Shown: piece by piece, positions 31,882-64,000 of the stretch
Position numbering within the stretch: the stretch's first letter is position 1
How the letters are laid out: each line of letters opens with the position of its first letter
From: the human T2T-CHM13v2.0 reference genome, Homo sapiens
Length of the DNA stretch: 64,000 nucleotides
Strand: one strand, 5' to 3'
Assembly (NCBI RefSeq): GCF_009914755.1
Contig: NC_060936.1
Translations under genes and position numbers: made by a program
Notes under the pieces: generated by a model
The model's database searches: none
Seen by the model: the letters and a program-made list of their open reading frames with translations, nothing else
What the model was told of the DNA's origin: nothing

Positions 31882-34800
31882 TGACCAGGCTGGTCTCGAA
31901 CTCCTGACCTCAAGTGATCTGCCTGCCTCGGCCTCCCAAAGTGCTGGGATTACAGGTGTGAGCCACAATAATTGTATTTTTTTTTTTTAATGTTGAACTG
32001 TCTTAATGCAAGGCATATGCTTAATTATTCAGAGTGTGTGCTGTTGTTTTGGCCTAGTGAGGATTAGGGGACAGGACTTTAGTTCTGACTCTGACACCTT
32101 GTAGCCTGTTGAATCCTTCTCCTAATCTCCTTTTTCCCCTACCCCCAAACTCATTATCCTGTGCTTTTTTTTTTTTAATTTTTTTGGTCACACTTACCAG
32201 ATTGCTTGTTTATTATTCTCTAATTTTTTTTTTTTTTTTTTTTTTTTTTTGTAGAGACAGGGTCTCACTTTGTTTCCCAGGCTGGTCTTGAATTCCTGAG
32301 CTCAAGCGATCCACCTGCCTTGGCCTCCCAAAGTGCTGGGATTATAGGCTAGAGCCACTGCACCTGCCAGATTGCTTTATAATTGTTTACACTTCTCTAT
32401 TCTTCCCAGAGGCTAGAAACCATGTCTTATTCATTTTTACCTTACCTGTTGTGAAACATTGAGGGAAGGAAATCGGTAGGATGTGAGGGAATAGGTAGGG
32501 ATTGAGTAAAAAATGGCCCAGATTTTGAGTTTGAGTGACCAGGCGAGTGATAGTGTGTTATATATACAAACATCTGAGTTGCCGGTTTGGGGTGAAGAGT
32601 TTAATTTTGGACATGTTGGAGTCTATGACAATGTGGGAAGACCATCCCAGTCAACAAATGGCATTGGGAGGACATTCGAGTGGCTGTTCAATAGGCAGTT
32701 AGAAGTGGTGAATTATATCCTGGAGCTGTTGAAGGATTTGGGCATCATCTTCATGTGATTCATCAGGTGAATCAGATCTTTGAAAAGGAAAGTAAAAAAT
32801 GAAGCTAATGAGGAATGCCTCTGTTTAGGAAGCTAGAGGAGAAAGAAGAGTCATCCAAAATGACAGGGGTGATCAGTCACAGAAGTAGGAGGTGGACTGG
32901 GGTGGGTGGTGTGGTGCTTCTGTGGAGACAAATAGTAATGTTAAACCTATGGAGAGCTTAGGATAATTCAGTGAGAGAATACAAAGGACTGGATTTGTCA
33001 GTTACAGTCCTGTGGCAGAATCAGAGGCTAGATTGAAAACGGGAATGAGGACATAGAAATGGTGAGCGCAGGCTTCTTATTTTGAAGTTGGGAAAAAGGA
33101 ATAAAGAACAAGGGTGGATTCAAAAGAGTACTTATTTATTTTACTTTACTATTACTTCTTAATAGATACCGAGGAGTCTTCATAGGGCTAAGGGAAAGAG
33201 ACAGAGGAAAGAAAAGCTTGTGTTGGTGTGGGAGAGCTGGGCATAGGTTAGATCTCTGGATGTGTGGAAGAGGTGAGCTGCTTGAGAACAGGAGGGCAGG
33301 GCTGCTGTTCTCTCCTTCTCTAATAAGAAGAAGAGGATGAGTGAAAAATTCCACCTCAGAGGGAGGTTGGTGTGGGGATAAAGGGAAAAGGTTCAGAAAG
33401 GTGAAAGCTTAAGGGTTTGAGAAATGTGAAGAGAACAAGTGCATCAGCCATCGGGGAGTGTGAGAGGAATTAATGAAACACTGAAAGCATTGCCGATAGT
33501 CAGCATGAATTTGGAGTGGACACAGAAGTATGAAATGGAAAATAGCCCCACCCCACCTCCGTGCCCAGTCCCACTTCCCAAAATGTAGCTACTTTCTAAA
33601 GTCAGTTTTGTAGTTCCTGTAGTTAATAGTGTAACTTTCAGTAATATGTTGCAGTCAACAGTGTCTCTTGATCCCCTTCTGTGAACCATGAGAAATTTAC
33701 CCATTTCTTGTACTCTTTTCTTCCTGAGTTTTTTTTTGTAATAATATTACTATTTTTCTGTTATCAAAGTAAATAATGTTTATATTCTCTTTTGTATAAC
33801 AAAAATTAGTCTTCACTCTGTATGTACAAATTAAGCCTAAACATATTCCACACATACAGTTTTTGCAATATTATTAAGTAAATATTATTTACTTTGGAAT
33901 CTAGAGGTGCTGTTGAATACTGGGAAAAGCAAACATAGTATTTTATTACCAAACTGCTTCAAAGAGAATGGCCCAATCATCAAGATCTAGTGAATCCTCT
34001 TTCAATTTCTTTCCAGCTTTCTATGCTCCTTTTAGGTCTTACTCAACTGCTGTTGTTTCTTATACTTTAAATTGTCATTTTTCTTGTATTTTTTAAAAAC
34101 TTGGAATAGTTACTGTTTTTAATATGGGATGCATGCGTGTTGAGCTTTAAGTTCTTGCCTTTCAAAAACGTCTTTGTCTCATTTGATTGTCATTTGAATG
34201 TAGCCCACTTGAATACTTCGGAAGCTTTTAGGGTTTGCTTTTTGTCTTTGGAGTTCTGAAATTTCATTAGGATGTGTCTAGGCATGTGTCTTTTCTCTTT
34301 CATCCCGTTTGGCTCTAGGTAGCTCGCTCTTTTCTTTTTTCTTTTTTTTTTTTTGACAGAGTCTTGCTCTGTCGCCTAGGCTGGAGTGCAGTGGCACTAT
34401 CTCTTATGGAATATTACATACAAAAGAATATACATAAAGTGTATGCACAGGCCGGGTGTGGTGTAATACCAGCACTTTTGAGAAACCTAGGCGGGTGGAT
34501 CACCTGAGGTCAGGAGTTTGAAACCAGCCTGGCCAACATGGTGAAACCCCGTCTCTACTAAAAATACAAAAATTAGCTGAGCGTAGTGGCAGGCGCCTGT
34601 AATCCCAGCTACTCAGGAGACAGGCAGGAGAATCGCTTGAGCCTGAGAGGCGGAGGTTGCAGTGAGCCAAGATCATGCCATTGCGCTCCAGCCTGGGCAA
34701 CAAGAGTGAAATACTCTGTCTCAAAAAAAAAAAAAAAAAGTATCCACAGATTAAAGAAGAATAATAGATTGAACACTGGTAGATCCATGATCTAGTTTGA

Positions 34801-35219
34801 GAACTAAAAGCTTAAAACACCTCTGAAGGCCCCGTGGGCCTCTTCTATTACTTTTCTCTCACCCTTAGATGTAACTGTCATCCTGAATTTTGTTAATTCT
34901 CTAGTTTTGCTTTGTAGTTTGTATAATCCTAAATAATATATTATTTAGTTTTACAAGCTTTTCTATGAATTTTCTATGAGTGGAATCATGCTGTATGAAT
35001 TCTTCTGATTTGTCTTTTCTGCATTATGAGATTCATTCTTGCTGATGCAAGTTACTGTAGTTCTTTATTCCCCCAGCTTCTATGGCATCCCATTACATGA
35101 ATCCATCTCAATTTATTAATCCATTCACCAGCTGGCAGGTAGTTTAGTTGTTTCTGTGTGTTTTTTTTTTTTTTTTTTTTTTTTTTTGCTATTGCAAATA
35201 TCATAGCTATGAACATTTT

Positions 35220-35513
35220 TTTTTTTTTTTTGAGGTGGAGTTTCACTCTATCACCCAGGCTGGAGTGCAGTGGCGTGATCTCGGCTCATTGCATCCTGCA
35301 CCTCCCAGGTTTAAGCAATTCTCTGCCTCAGCCTCCCGAGTAGCTGGGATTACAGGTGCCCACCACCACACCAGGCTGATTTTTTTTGTATATTTAGTAG
35401 AGACGGGGTTTCACCATCTTGGCCAGGCTGATCTTGAACTCCTGACCTCGTGATCCACGTGCCTTGGCCTCCCAAAGTGCTGGGATTACAGGCGTGAGCC
35501 ACCGTGCCCAGCC
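35220..35513 (-). mobile_element. Antisense AluS with TSD AGCTATGAACATTTT
   Basis: TSD at 35205 and 35514. Confidence 0.9.
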
Positions 35514-36083
<570 letters not shown>

Positions 36084-36808
36084 ATAGACGTCTTTGTGTT
36101 TTCCATAGTTTCTTCAATGCACTTAGTTTTATATTCTAGAATTTAAAAAAATCAACTTACATTAACACTCTTTTCCTTTGGAGAATATAGAAAAAGCTAA
36201 GGGTCACATGAGAGATTTGCATTAATAAATGTAGAAAGAATCAGTGTAACTTACATGTGTTAATTACAATTTTTGGAAGCTTAATGATTTTGTAGAATCA
36301 TTGACAAGGCCATATGTATCAAATAAGCCTATTTGTAAGTTCTTCCAGTCTTGAATTGTAGTGTTTCTGTGAAGTTTGTAACTTTTTAAGCTTCTTTTAT
36401 TTATTTATTTTTTATCTAATATCAGTCACTCAAATTTCCTTTGTCAGCATTACATAGGATAAAGGAGACCTATCAAAAACTTTTGGAATCCAAGGACAAA
36501 GAACATTCTTTTTTTTTTTTTTTTTTTAAATCCATAGTCACCATCAACTTCTGTTGGGAGAACAGAGAAAGATAGACTAAGAGAAACAGAGATAGAAAAT
36601 GTTTAATCCTGTATTGTGGCTTACTGTAGCACTTCATATTCCCTTGAATTTTAGACTAGATTTCCTCCAAAATTCTGTGAACTTGGGGATATATATGATT
36701 GCCAGATGTCTGACACCTTTCTAGATTTGGAACTGTCTGGAATCTAATTTCTTCTGCTAACCCATAGTATATGAAAGAAAGTAACACACACACTATTAAG
36801 ACAAACTA

Positions 36809-41042
<4,234 letters not shown>

Positions 41043-41440
41043 TAAAATAAGATTTATTGAGGACTTGTGTATAGCATGGTAGAAATAAAAGCAGAATTCC
41101 TTCTCTTCATTTTACAGTTCTTTCTGTGGAATTGAGTACAACTGAATATAGCAGGTGGCAGTGCCTGTCAACTTTGTTTCCATTCTGCACTGATTGTATT
41201 ATCTTATTCTAATCCCTGCCAACCAGATGTACTTCCTTCTTCACATAAGATGGAGACAGCTTATTGTATATGCACACATGTGCAAATATGCATAAGTATA
41301 GCAAAAGTTGGTCCTGCTGTTCAGAAATATCGTTAACTAGTATCAAGTGAGAGGCGGCATGGTTTACTTCAGGTACAGCATATAGTTTTAGATGCTTATT
41401 CCTCCCCTGTTGGTGGGAGTTCCGTGTTGTGAAAAATTCT

Positions 41441-41504
41441 TTTTTAAAAAAATTTCAACTTTTATTTTAGGTTCAGGGGGTACATGTAAATGTTTGTTAC
41501 ATGA
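41441..41504 (-). mobile_element. Very short (64 bp) older L1PA 3'-end insertion
   Basis: 'ttcaacttttattttaggttcagggggtacatgt..tttgttacatg' with TSD GTTGTGAA(A/G)AATTCT at 41426 and 41505. Confidence 0.8.
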
Positions 41505-42429
41505 GTTGTGAAGAATTCTGAGGCCATGCCTGAGATCAGTGATTCAGAAGTCCTGTCACTGAATAGTAATTGTTGCAGGGGTGACATATGTTCCACATAT
41601 TTACCTTCTGTAAGTGAAGCAGAGTGAAGAACCAGACCAATGTAGATTTTCTAGCACTTATTTTTGGGCAAGTTATTTTGTTCTCTGGGCCTCTCAATGT
41701 CCTTATCTGGAAAATAGGAGGTCACATTCTTGCTAGGATTAAATACATTAATGCATGCAAAGTATTTCCTGATTGCCTTGCAGATAGATAATAGGTGCCC
41801 AGTAAATGTTAGTTCTGTCCCTTTTTTTTGTATGGGAGAGGAGGGACGAGGAGGGAGTGGGCTGTTCTTAAATAGGAATATTTTTAAAACGTATTATGAA
41901 CTTATCACAGCCCCATGTTTCACTTTTCAGGGCCAATGTAGGAGGCAGTAAAGAAAGAAAAATAAATGAGACATCTCTTGTCAAGTTATAACTGGTTTTA
42001 TGTATAAATAATTTAGAAACACATTACCTATAATACAAAACAATTAAAAAATATACCACTCTATTTGGCTGTATTTACTACTTTTCTGAAACTGCTTACT
42101 CGGAGGTTCGGTTCACCTTACCTCCTTATTTTTACTCCCTTCTTTTTTGACCTTCGTGGTACTATTAACCACCAACTTTGGTGAAATCCTTTCTTTCCTT
42201 GGCTTCAGTGAAAACATCACTTTCTAAACAATGAATTTCGTTTTCTACTGGACAGGGGCCCTTTTTATAGAGGCAATAAACTTGTATGTTTAACTTTGAT
42301 GATTGATGATTGATTCAGTTGGTAATACAAATTAAAGTTTGGCTTAAAACAGTGAAATATTTCTGGGAAGTAATTGAATGATGACTGTACAACACTAGAG
42401 TAATTTAAAAATACTTAGTGGAAATATTC

Positions 42430-43320
42430 ATTGATACCATCTTTTTTTAGAAGCTAATTTAACAGTAACTCAAAGCAGGGTTAATTTTGTGTAACCTGGC
42501 ACCCAACATTATATGTCTAGGAATCTGTCCCTCAATAGGATGAATGGTAAAAACATATGTAGAGAGATATTAATCGAAGTATTATTTGTAAGAACAAAAG
42601 ATGGAAACAACTTAAACACTTGTCAATAGAAAAATAGTGAAATTATGATTTATTCTTACTATTCTTCCGTTAAAAAAGTGAGCTAGAGTGTGTGGGGGCA
42701 GAGTGTATGAGAGAAATCTCTGTACCTTCTGTTCAATTTTGCTGTGAACCTAAAACTGCTAAAAAAAATAAGTCTACTAAAAGAGCTAGAGCTATAAATG
42801 TACTGAGCTAAAAAATATCTGTAATATATTAAGTGAAAATAGGCTGTGACACTATGTATAGCATGATTTCATTTCTTTTTTTAAAAAGGGTGTGAGCTGG
42901 GTATAGTGGCTCATGCCTGTAATCTTAGCACTTTGGAAGGCTGAGGCAGGAGGATTGCTTGAGGACAGGAGTTCGAGACCAACTTGGGCAATGTAGTGAG
43001 ACCCCATCTTTACAAAAAATACAAAAATTAGCCAGGGATGGTTGTGCATGCCTGTAGTTCTAGCTACTTGGGAGGCTGCAATGGGAGGATTGTTTGAGCC
43101 TAGTAGTCCAAGGCTGCTGTGGGCTAGGACAGCACTCCTGCACTCCAGCCTGGGCAAACAGAGCAAGACCCTGCCTTTTAAAGAATAAAAATAAATAAAA
43201 TGTGTATATATTTTTATACATAGGAAAAACGCATTGATTTTAGTGGCAATTTCATCTAGAATTGGGTTTAGAGGGGTTAGAGTAAGGAACTTTTACTTCT
43301 TATTAGGTATACTTCCAAAA
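42430..43320 (+). mobile_element. Old L1M 3' fragment containing an L1MC-type tail (~42689-42782) and a sense Alu (42893-43200)
   Basis: 'aaatctctgtaccttctgttcaattttgctgtgaacctaaaactgct' flanked by GAGCTAGAG. Confidence 0.65.
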
Positions 43321-43633
43321 AAAGTGATAATTATGAGTGATACTTTTTTTGTGTATGCTTTTCTGATATTTTTCAAATAAAATGATCTTAAGAAAAAACT
43401 AAAAATTAATGGAGAGCAGGAAAAGGGAGATAAGGATCCAGCTAGCTACTTTAACTTTTAACAACGATGTCCTTTAAAAATGTTTGTATTTGTATGCATA
43501 CTCATGTATGTTGTGTATATGTGTATATATACACAGACACACAAAATACAGAGTAACTGCAGTCTGACATTCAATTAAGCTACAGAATGCATGGTATTGG
43601 CATACATTTTTATTTTATTTATTTATTTTTTAA

Positions 43634-46853
<3,220 letters not shown>

Positions 46854-46859
46854 AATGTC

Positions 46860-48375
46860 CTTCCTTTTTAAAGCTGAATAATGTTCCATTGTATGTATGT
46901 TTCATATTTTGTTTATTCATCTGTAGATGGACATTTAAGTTGCTTCAGCCACATGATGATTGGAATAGTACTACTATAAATGTGGGTATGCAGATATTTC
47001 CTCAAGACCCTTTCAGTTCTTTTGGATGTATACCCAGAAGTAGCATTGTTGGATAATATGGTAGCTCTATTTTTAATTTTTTGAGGAAGTTCCCTACTGT
47101 TTTTTATAGTGGCTGCACCATTTTACAATCCCACCAGCATGCACAAGGGCTCTCCACATCCTCACCAACACTTGTTATTACTTGTTGTTTTTTAAAATAG
47201 ATATCCTAATGGTGTGAGGCGATGTCTCATTGTGGTTTTGATTTGCATTTCTCTGATGATGAATGATGTTGAGCATCTTTTCATATGCTCATTGGCCATC
47301 TTAGCAGAAAGGTCTGTTCAGATCCTTTGCCCGTTTTTTAATTGGGTTTTTTGTTGTTGTTGTTGAGTTATAGGAGTTCTTTTTTTTTTTTTTTGAGACG
47401 GAGTCTCACTCTGTCGCCCAGGCTGGAGTGCAATGGCGTAATCTCTGCTCACTGCAAGCTCCCCTCCCGGGTTCATGCCATTCTCCTGCCTCAGCCTCCC
47501 GAGTAGCTGGGACTATAGGCGCCCGCCACCACGCCCGGCTAATTTTTTGTATTTTTAGTAGAGACGGGGTTTCACTGTGTTAGCCAGGATGGTCTCGATC
47601 TCCTGACTTCGTGATCCACCCGCCTCGGCCTCCCAAAGGTGTTCTTTTTATATTCTGGATATTAACCCTTTATCAGATACGTTATTTGGAAATATTTTGT
47701 CTCATTCTGTAAGTTAACTTTTCTCTCTGTTGATTGTGTCTTTGGATGCACAAAAATTCTTAAGTTTGATATAGTCCCATTTATCTTATTTTGCTTTTGT
47801 TTCCTTTCCTTTTGGCGTCATATCCAAGAAATTCTTGCCAAATCCAGTATTATTAAGCTTTTCTTCCATGTTTTCTTCTAGGAGTTTAAAGTTCTTTTTT
47901 AAACGTTTTTTAAATTTTTTAAAATAAACTTCTTATGTTTAGGTCTTTAATCTATTTTGAGTTATTTTATTTATTTATTTATTTTTTCCCAGAGTCTTCA
48001 GTGGTGCAATCTTGGCTCACTGCAACGTCTGCCTCCCAGGTTCAAGCCATTCTCCTGCCTCAGCCTCCCGAGTAGCTGGGACTACAGGTGTGCGCCACCA
48101 TGCCCGGCTAATTTTTGCATTCTTATTAGAGACGGGGTTTTGGCATATTGGCCAGGCTGGTCTTGAACTCCTGACCTCAGGTGATCTGCCCACCTCGGCC
48201 TCCCAAAGTGCTGGGATTACAGGTGTGAGCCACTGCACCCGGCCTGAGTTAGTTTTCTATATGGTGTCAGATAAAGGTACGTCTTCATTCTTCTGCATGT
48301 GGATGTCCAGTTTTCCCAGAACCATTTGTTGAAGAGACTGCCTTTTCCCCATTGAGTGGTCTTGGCACCCTTTCA
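46860..48375 (-). mobile_element. L1MA/MB-type ORF2-3' fragment interrupted by an AluY (~47380-47638) and an AluS (~47990-48245)
   Basis: 'ctcattgtggttttgatttgcatttctctgatga', 'ggatgtccagttttcccagaaccatttgttgaagagactg'. Confidence 0.85.
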
Positions 48376-49099
48376 TGTAAGCTGTTATTAAAATTGTCAT
48401 GTTGTTTTGTGTGATCATTTGAATATCTCTCCCAGTATGTTGAAGTACCATGAACGACAGATTGTGTTTGTTTTGCTGACTGTTGTATCCCAGTACCTAG
48501 CGCAGTGCCTGGCACTTAGCACAGGCACCCTGTATTCATTTATTGAATAAAGGCATTAAGCAATCCTGAATGTAACAAGAGACAGCCTGTATGTTGCAGG
48601 TCAGTTTAAGGAATATTGCCAGGTGTTATAAGGTACGACTGAATTAAGCATCTGGAGGCACTAACAGTTTTGTCTAAACAGGAATGTGATTCTGACGGCC
48701 AATATAAAGTATTGTTTAGTCTCCCTAAAAGAGGACTTTTGGTTCATTTGTGTTTTTCCTTTATTCTTTTGTTTCGTTCTGAGACAGGTTCTCACTCTGT
48801 CACCCAGGCTGGAGTGCAGTGTTATGATCACAGCTCACTGCAGCCTCGATCTCCTGGGCTCAGGTGATCCTTTCACCTTAGCCTCTCAAGTAGCTAGGAC
48901 TACAGCATGTGCCTTCATGCCCAGCTAATTTTTTAAATTTTTTGTGGAGATGAGGTCTTGTTATGTTGCCCTGGCTGGTCTTGAACTCCTGGGCTCATTT
49001 GATCCTTCCACTTTGACCTCCCAAAGTGTTGGGATTGCAGGTGTCAGCCTGTGCTCTTGGGCTGTTTTCCTTTTTTCTTAATTTTTTACTGAAATTTTA

Positions 49100-50620
<1,521 letters not shown>

Positions 50621-51179
50621 TCATTCAGTGAGGTATGAGAAAGAACAGAGGCTGTGCACTCATTCTGCTATCTCTGACTGGAAGTTGCCCGAGCTGCCCT
50701 TTATCTCCTCTCTTCTCACTTTTTATCTGCCTTTTATCTATTTGTCGCCTCTGACTTCTGACTTTTACCCTCATCTTGTTCCAAGCCCAGTCATCTTTAA
50801 TACTTACTTTTTCCATCTCATTGGGCCTCTCACCTCTTGTTTCCTTTCACCCCATGCTTGTTTGGCGCCTCATGTCCTCCTCTTACTTCTAGGGGCCTCC
50901 CTGAGCAGAGTAGGGAGGCCCCTTCTTTCCTTTTGCTTCTTGTCAGTTTCCCATCTCTCCTGTGCTTCTCTGCTTCACTGATATACGAAACACACATATC
51001 AAAGGATAGCCTGGCCATGTTTGTGTAGCAGCTCAAGAAACTATTCTGAACAGCAGCAAAAACCACACACCAATCTTTAGAAATTAAATCTTTGTTGATT
51101 TAGCATGTCCTGCTTCTCTTCTTCTTGCTATCTATTGTCCCGTGTCACATCTCTGACTCTTCATTGTTTTTTTTCCCCC

Positions 51180-53315
<2,136 letters not shown>

Positions 53316-53699
53316 CACAAATTTCAAGATTTATGGAGTTTTATTATATGATCTAGTTCAGAAACTTTTTAGATATGACATTGTTTTGATCAGTCTCCTG
53401 TACCCTTAGGGGTAGCACAAGTAATAGGAAAAACAAAATAGGTCTAGATGCAGCAGTGCTGGTTGAAGATGTCTGGGTGATTTAAGTTTCTGTGTTCCTG
53501 CCAGGGGTAATAATTGAGAATCATATATAAGGGAACCTTAGGAACCCTCTATTCTAACACTGTTTACAGATGTGGAAATGGAGGTACTGAGAGGTGACTT
53601 GGTTTTCTTGAGGCCACACTGTTTGCAGCACTGTATTTCTGAACTTGTATTCTAACATCTCAAGTAGCAAAAAGTGGAAATGAAAAACAATTGAGGGAG

Positions 53700-54150
53700 C
53701 TATCAGTCAGAGATGGTAGAATGAATATCTCTAATAGCCCCTGTTTTTTCCTCATACCTCATTAAATGACAGTAAGAAAAAGCATTAACTCAGAAGAACA
53801 AAACAGAACTGCAGAAGAGAGAACAGCAACACAATTTTGGAAACTGGCAAGTGGGTAGATGAACGATTACTGACTTAGTGGCAATGGGGGAGCAAGGCCG
53901 TTTACACTTTGAAAACCCAGAAGGCTCAGGAGTGGGTGCATCAGTTCCCTCTGGAAATGGGGGCAAAAGTGGGTTGCAAAGAGAAGGATTCACTGAAAGT
54001 TTAAGAAAAGACTCCAGAGCCTCCCTCTTCTTCTATGAAGCCAAGAGAATGTCCTTTCCTTACCCTAGCAGAAGACTGGAGATTTATTTTCTGCAAGGGG
54101 AAAATAGAGAGTCTCTAGAATAGGGAACACCAGGTGCAGGTGAGGGCAAG
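53700..54150 (+). mobile_element. HAL1-like 5' fragment
   Basis: 'aattttggaaactgg', 'tactgacttag', 'aaggctcagga', 'cagaagactggagatttatttt'. Confidence 0.65.
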
Positions 54151-54503
54151 GAGAGCATACTGTCAAGCTCTTCCAATTTGTATATAATTCTTTCCATACC
54201 CAGTAGCATGTACCAAGGTGGATTCAGTTCTAAACTCAGAACATGGGTGATTAGGTGATCACCCCAGTACTTCCCCAAGGGACAGACTTCTTATTAACTC
54301 CTCTCCACTGAGTACATCACTAAGGCCTTTGGGTGACATTTTATTTTTCCTTTTCTTTCTTCTCCTGTAATTTAGTAGTTAATCTTCACAGAAAAGAGGA
54401 AGATGGTGTAATTATTTGTCTTTTTTTTTTTTTTTTTGCTGGGCTGGCATAACAAAATAATGACGTTTAAAAGATTCAAGGGTAGATATTTTCTTTGGTA
54501 TTA

Positions 54504-54689
<186 letters not shown>

Positions 54690-54814
54690 TTAGCCAGGTG
54701 TGGTGGTGCATCCCTATAGTTCCAGCTACTTGGGAGGCCAAGGTGGTAGGATCACTTCAGCCCAGGAAGTTGAGGCTGTAGTGCACCACTGCACTGTAGC
54801 CTCAGTGACAGAAA

Positions 54815-54815
<1 letters not shown>

Positions 54816-54857
<42 letters not shown>
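54816..54857. repeat. (CA)21 microsatellite replacing an Alu tail
   Basis: Read directly; follows the sense Alu at 54565-54815. Confidence 0.95.
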
Positions 54858-54859
<2 letters not shown>

Positions 54860-55107
54860 TTCTAGTACCATAGGTCTTTAACACTTACAAGGTATCATAG
54901 ATGTTTTGGCCTTGGGAGTGGGGATGGAATACAAAGATATTTAAAATTAGTCTTTGCCCTTGTAGAGGGGTGAAATGTAGCACACCAAATTTAATACAAC
55001 CGTTGTTCTTGTGTGCCTGTGTACAAGTATAAGCCGTGTAAAGATTTTTAAAAATATATCTTGTTTCCTACCCTCATAGGGTTTACAATCGAGAATGATC
55101 TTTCTCA

Positions 55108-55898
<791 letters not shown>

Positions 55899-56737
55899 TT
55901 ATATTCTGATGATCAGAGAATGATCTTTCTCAATTTACAGCCTGATGATCACTAATCTCAGTGAGATAGTTCATTTATAAAATTTAGTGGTTTAATTTCT
56001 TATCTTTGACAGTCATCTTAAACAGTAACATGTTAAAGGCTTAGAGAAGTGTCTGGCAAATAAACTGTTTTCACATTTTTACAACTTAATATTTCTTAAA
56101 TTTATTCCATAGAATAAAACTTTAGGAAATAGCAACCTATATAAGAGTGCATTCCTCTAACCCCTATGCACATTAGATTGGCAGTAAATTATATTTGAAT
56201 CACAGGCCTTTTCTCCTCTGTTTACTCAATATCAATTGTTTAAGGAAAGCTAGATAACTTACCTTTTCTTGCCCTTCCTCCATGCAGCCAAGGGTGAATA
56301 TTTAAGTTTTATTTCTATGGATCATTCTTCATTAACTGTGCTAGAGGCCATCATTTAGAAGGGGAGACATTTCCAGGTTCTTAAAGCTGAGTGTATTTAT
56401 ATACTATGTAGTCTACATTTGTCATAATATTTCCAGAGTTATTAAAAGGTACAGGAATCTTTTGTAGATGTTTTCTAATGTTTCTGAATGCAGACCTTTA
56501 TTCACTACCTCCATCTTAGGTGATGGCTTTCACCTAGTTAATTTTTTTTTTTTAAGTGAGAGCTACAAATCTGTCTTAGGGCTTCTGTGAAACTATTCAG
56601 AGTACTATCAGTTAAAGTAGCACATCCATAAACACATTGCATCTCAGATAACAGAACACCTTAATTTATGGAAACGATACTCCCGAAGATGCTGTCTATA
56701 ATTTTTGCATATATAAATTTGTTGTATTATTGATTGA

Positions 56738-58908
<2,171 letters not shown>

Positions 58909-59099
58909 AATTTTTTTTTTTTTAAAAGCTCATTCTGTGTACCTTAACTTCTTTGATCCTTCATTCTTGAAATTTTAGCAGGATATTTGCTGGATTTATT
59001 TTTTTAGTCCTCAGGTGGTAAGGATTGAGCTAATGACATCACATTTCATAACATAGCATCAGCATTGGTCTGTGCAAGTCCTCTCTCTTAGCTCTTCAG

Positions 59100-63500
<4,401 letters not shown>

Positions 63501-64000
63501 AGGGCCAGCGGAGGAAAACAAAGGTAAAAAAAGAAGAAAAGGGTATTTAGCCTGTACTTTTTGGCTTGCCTGGCTCTTTCAGCCCTCTGAGCAGTATACG
63601 GGAATTTCTGTCAGCATTTTTAGTGTGTGTGTTCCCTGTGCTGTTTTGTAAATTGGGCCACCAGGACCAGGCCCATCCTTGGGTCTAAGCCAGGAGGTGA
63701 AGGAGTAAAAAAGAAAATAGGCAGGAAACTCAGTGGAATTGTAAGCTTTCAGTTTTGACTTACCTCTTCTATTTGCCTGCTGTTTATTTACTCTTCTTCT
63801 TCCTCAGCTAGTGGCTTATTTTATTTAGTTGAGAGTGTTGTAATCTGGGAAGGAGAGAGGCTGAGGGGAGCTTACTCCTTGGCTGACACCAGAAGTCTTT
63901 GCATCATTTTTTAAAACCATAAAATTTTGATAAAAAATTATTATTCCAAAAAAGTTGCAGGAACCAAGCTTTGTATAAATGATGTCAGAGGACATATCCT

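Noticed and set aside
55905-55951. C/D-box snoRNA-like motifs (TGATGA ... CTGA)
   Set aside because: Too short, and explained by the 36-bp tandem duplication.

Overview
Human (or closely related hominoid) genomic DNA covering the 5' end of DIP2B, recognised from the exon-1 peptide MAERGLEPSPAAVAALPPEVRAQLAELELELSE. It contains the CpG-island promoter/5'UTR with the FRA12A CGG repeat (7 units here), coding exon 1 (235-334), and about 63.6 kb of intron 1 with no further recognisable DIP2B exon. The intron is dominated by repeats: about 90 Alu pieces counted by eye, plus L1, HAL1, L2, MIR, MLT1, MER2 and MER6. Nearly all long ORFs in the supplied track are repeat artefacts. The most interesting signals are (1) the translational layout around the CGG repeat: an ATG-initiated poly-Ala uORF in frame with DIP2B, a GTG-initiated poly-Gly frame overlapping the main start, and an open antisense frame; (2) an AluYd flanked by a ~142-bp duplication instead of a short TSD; and (3) insertion sites reused by successive retroelements. 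I found no evidence of a new multi-gene system. Repeat subfamily calls come from remembered consensus sequences and their boundaries are approximate.
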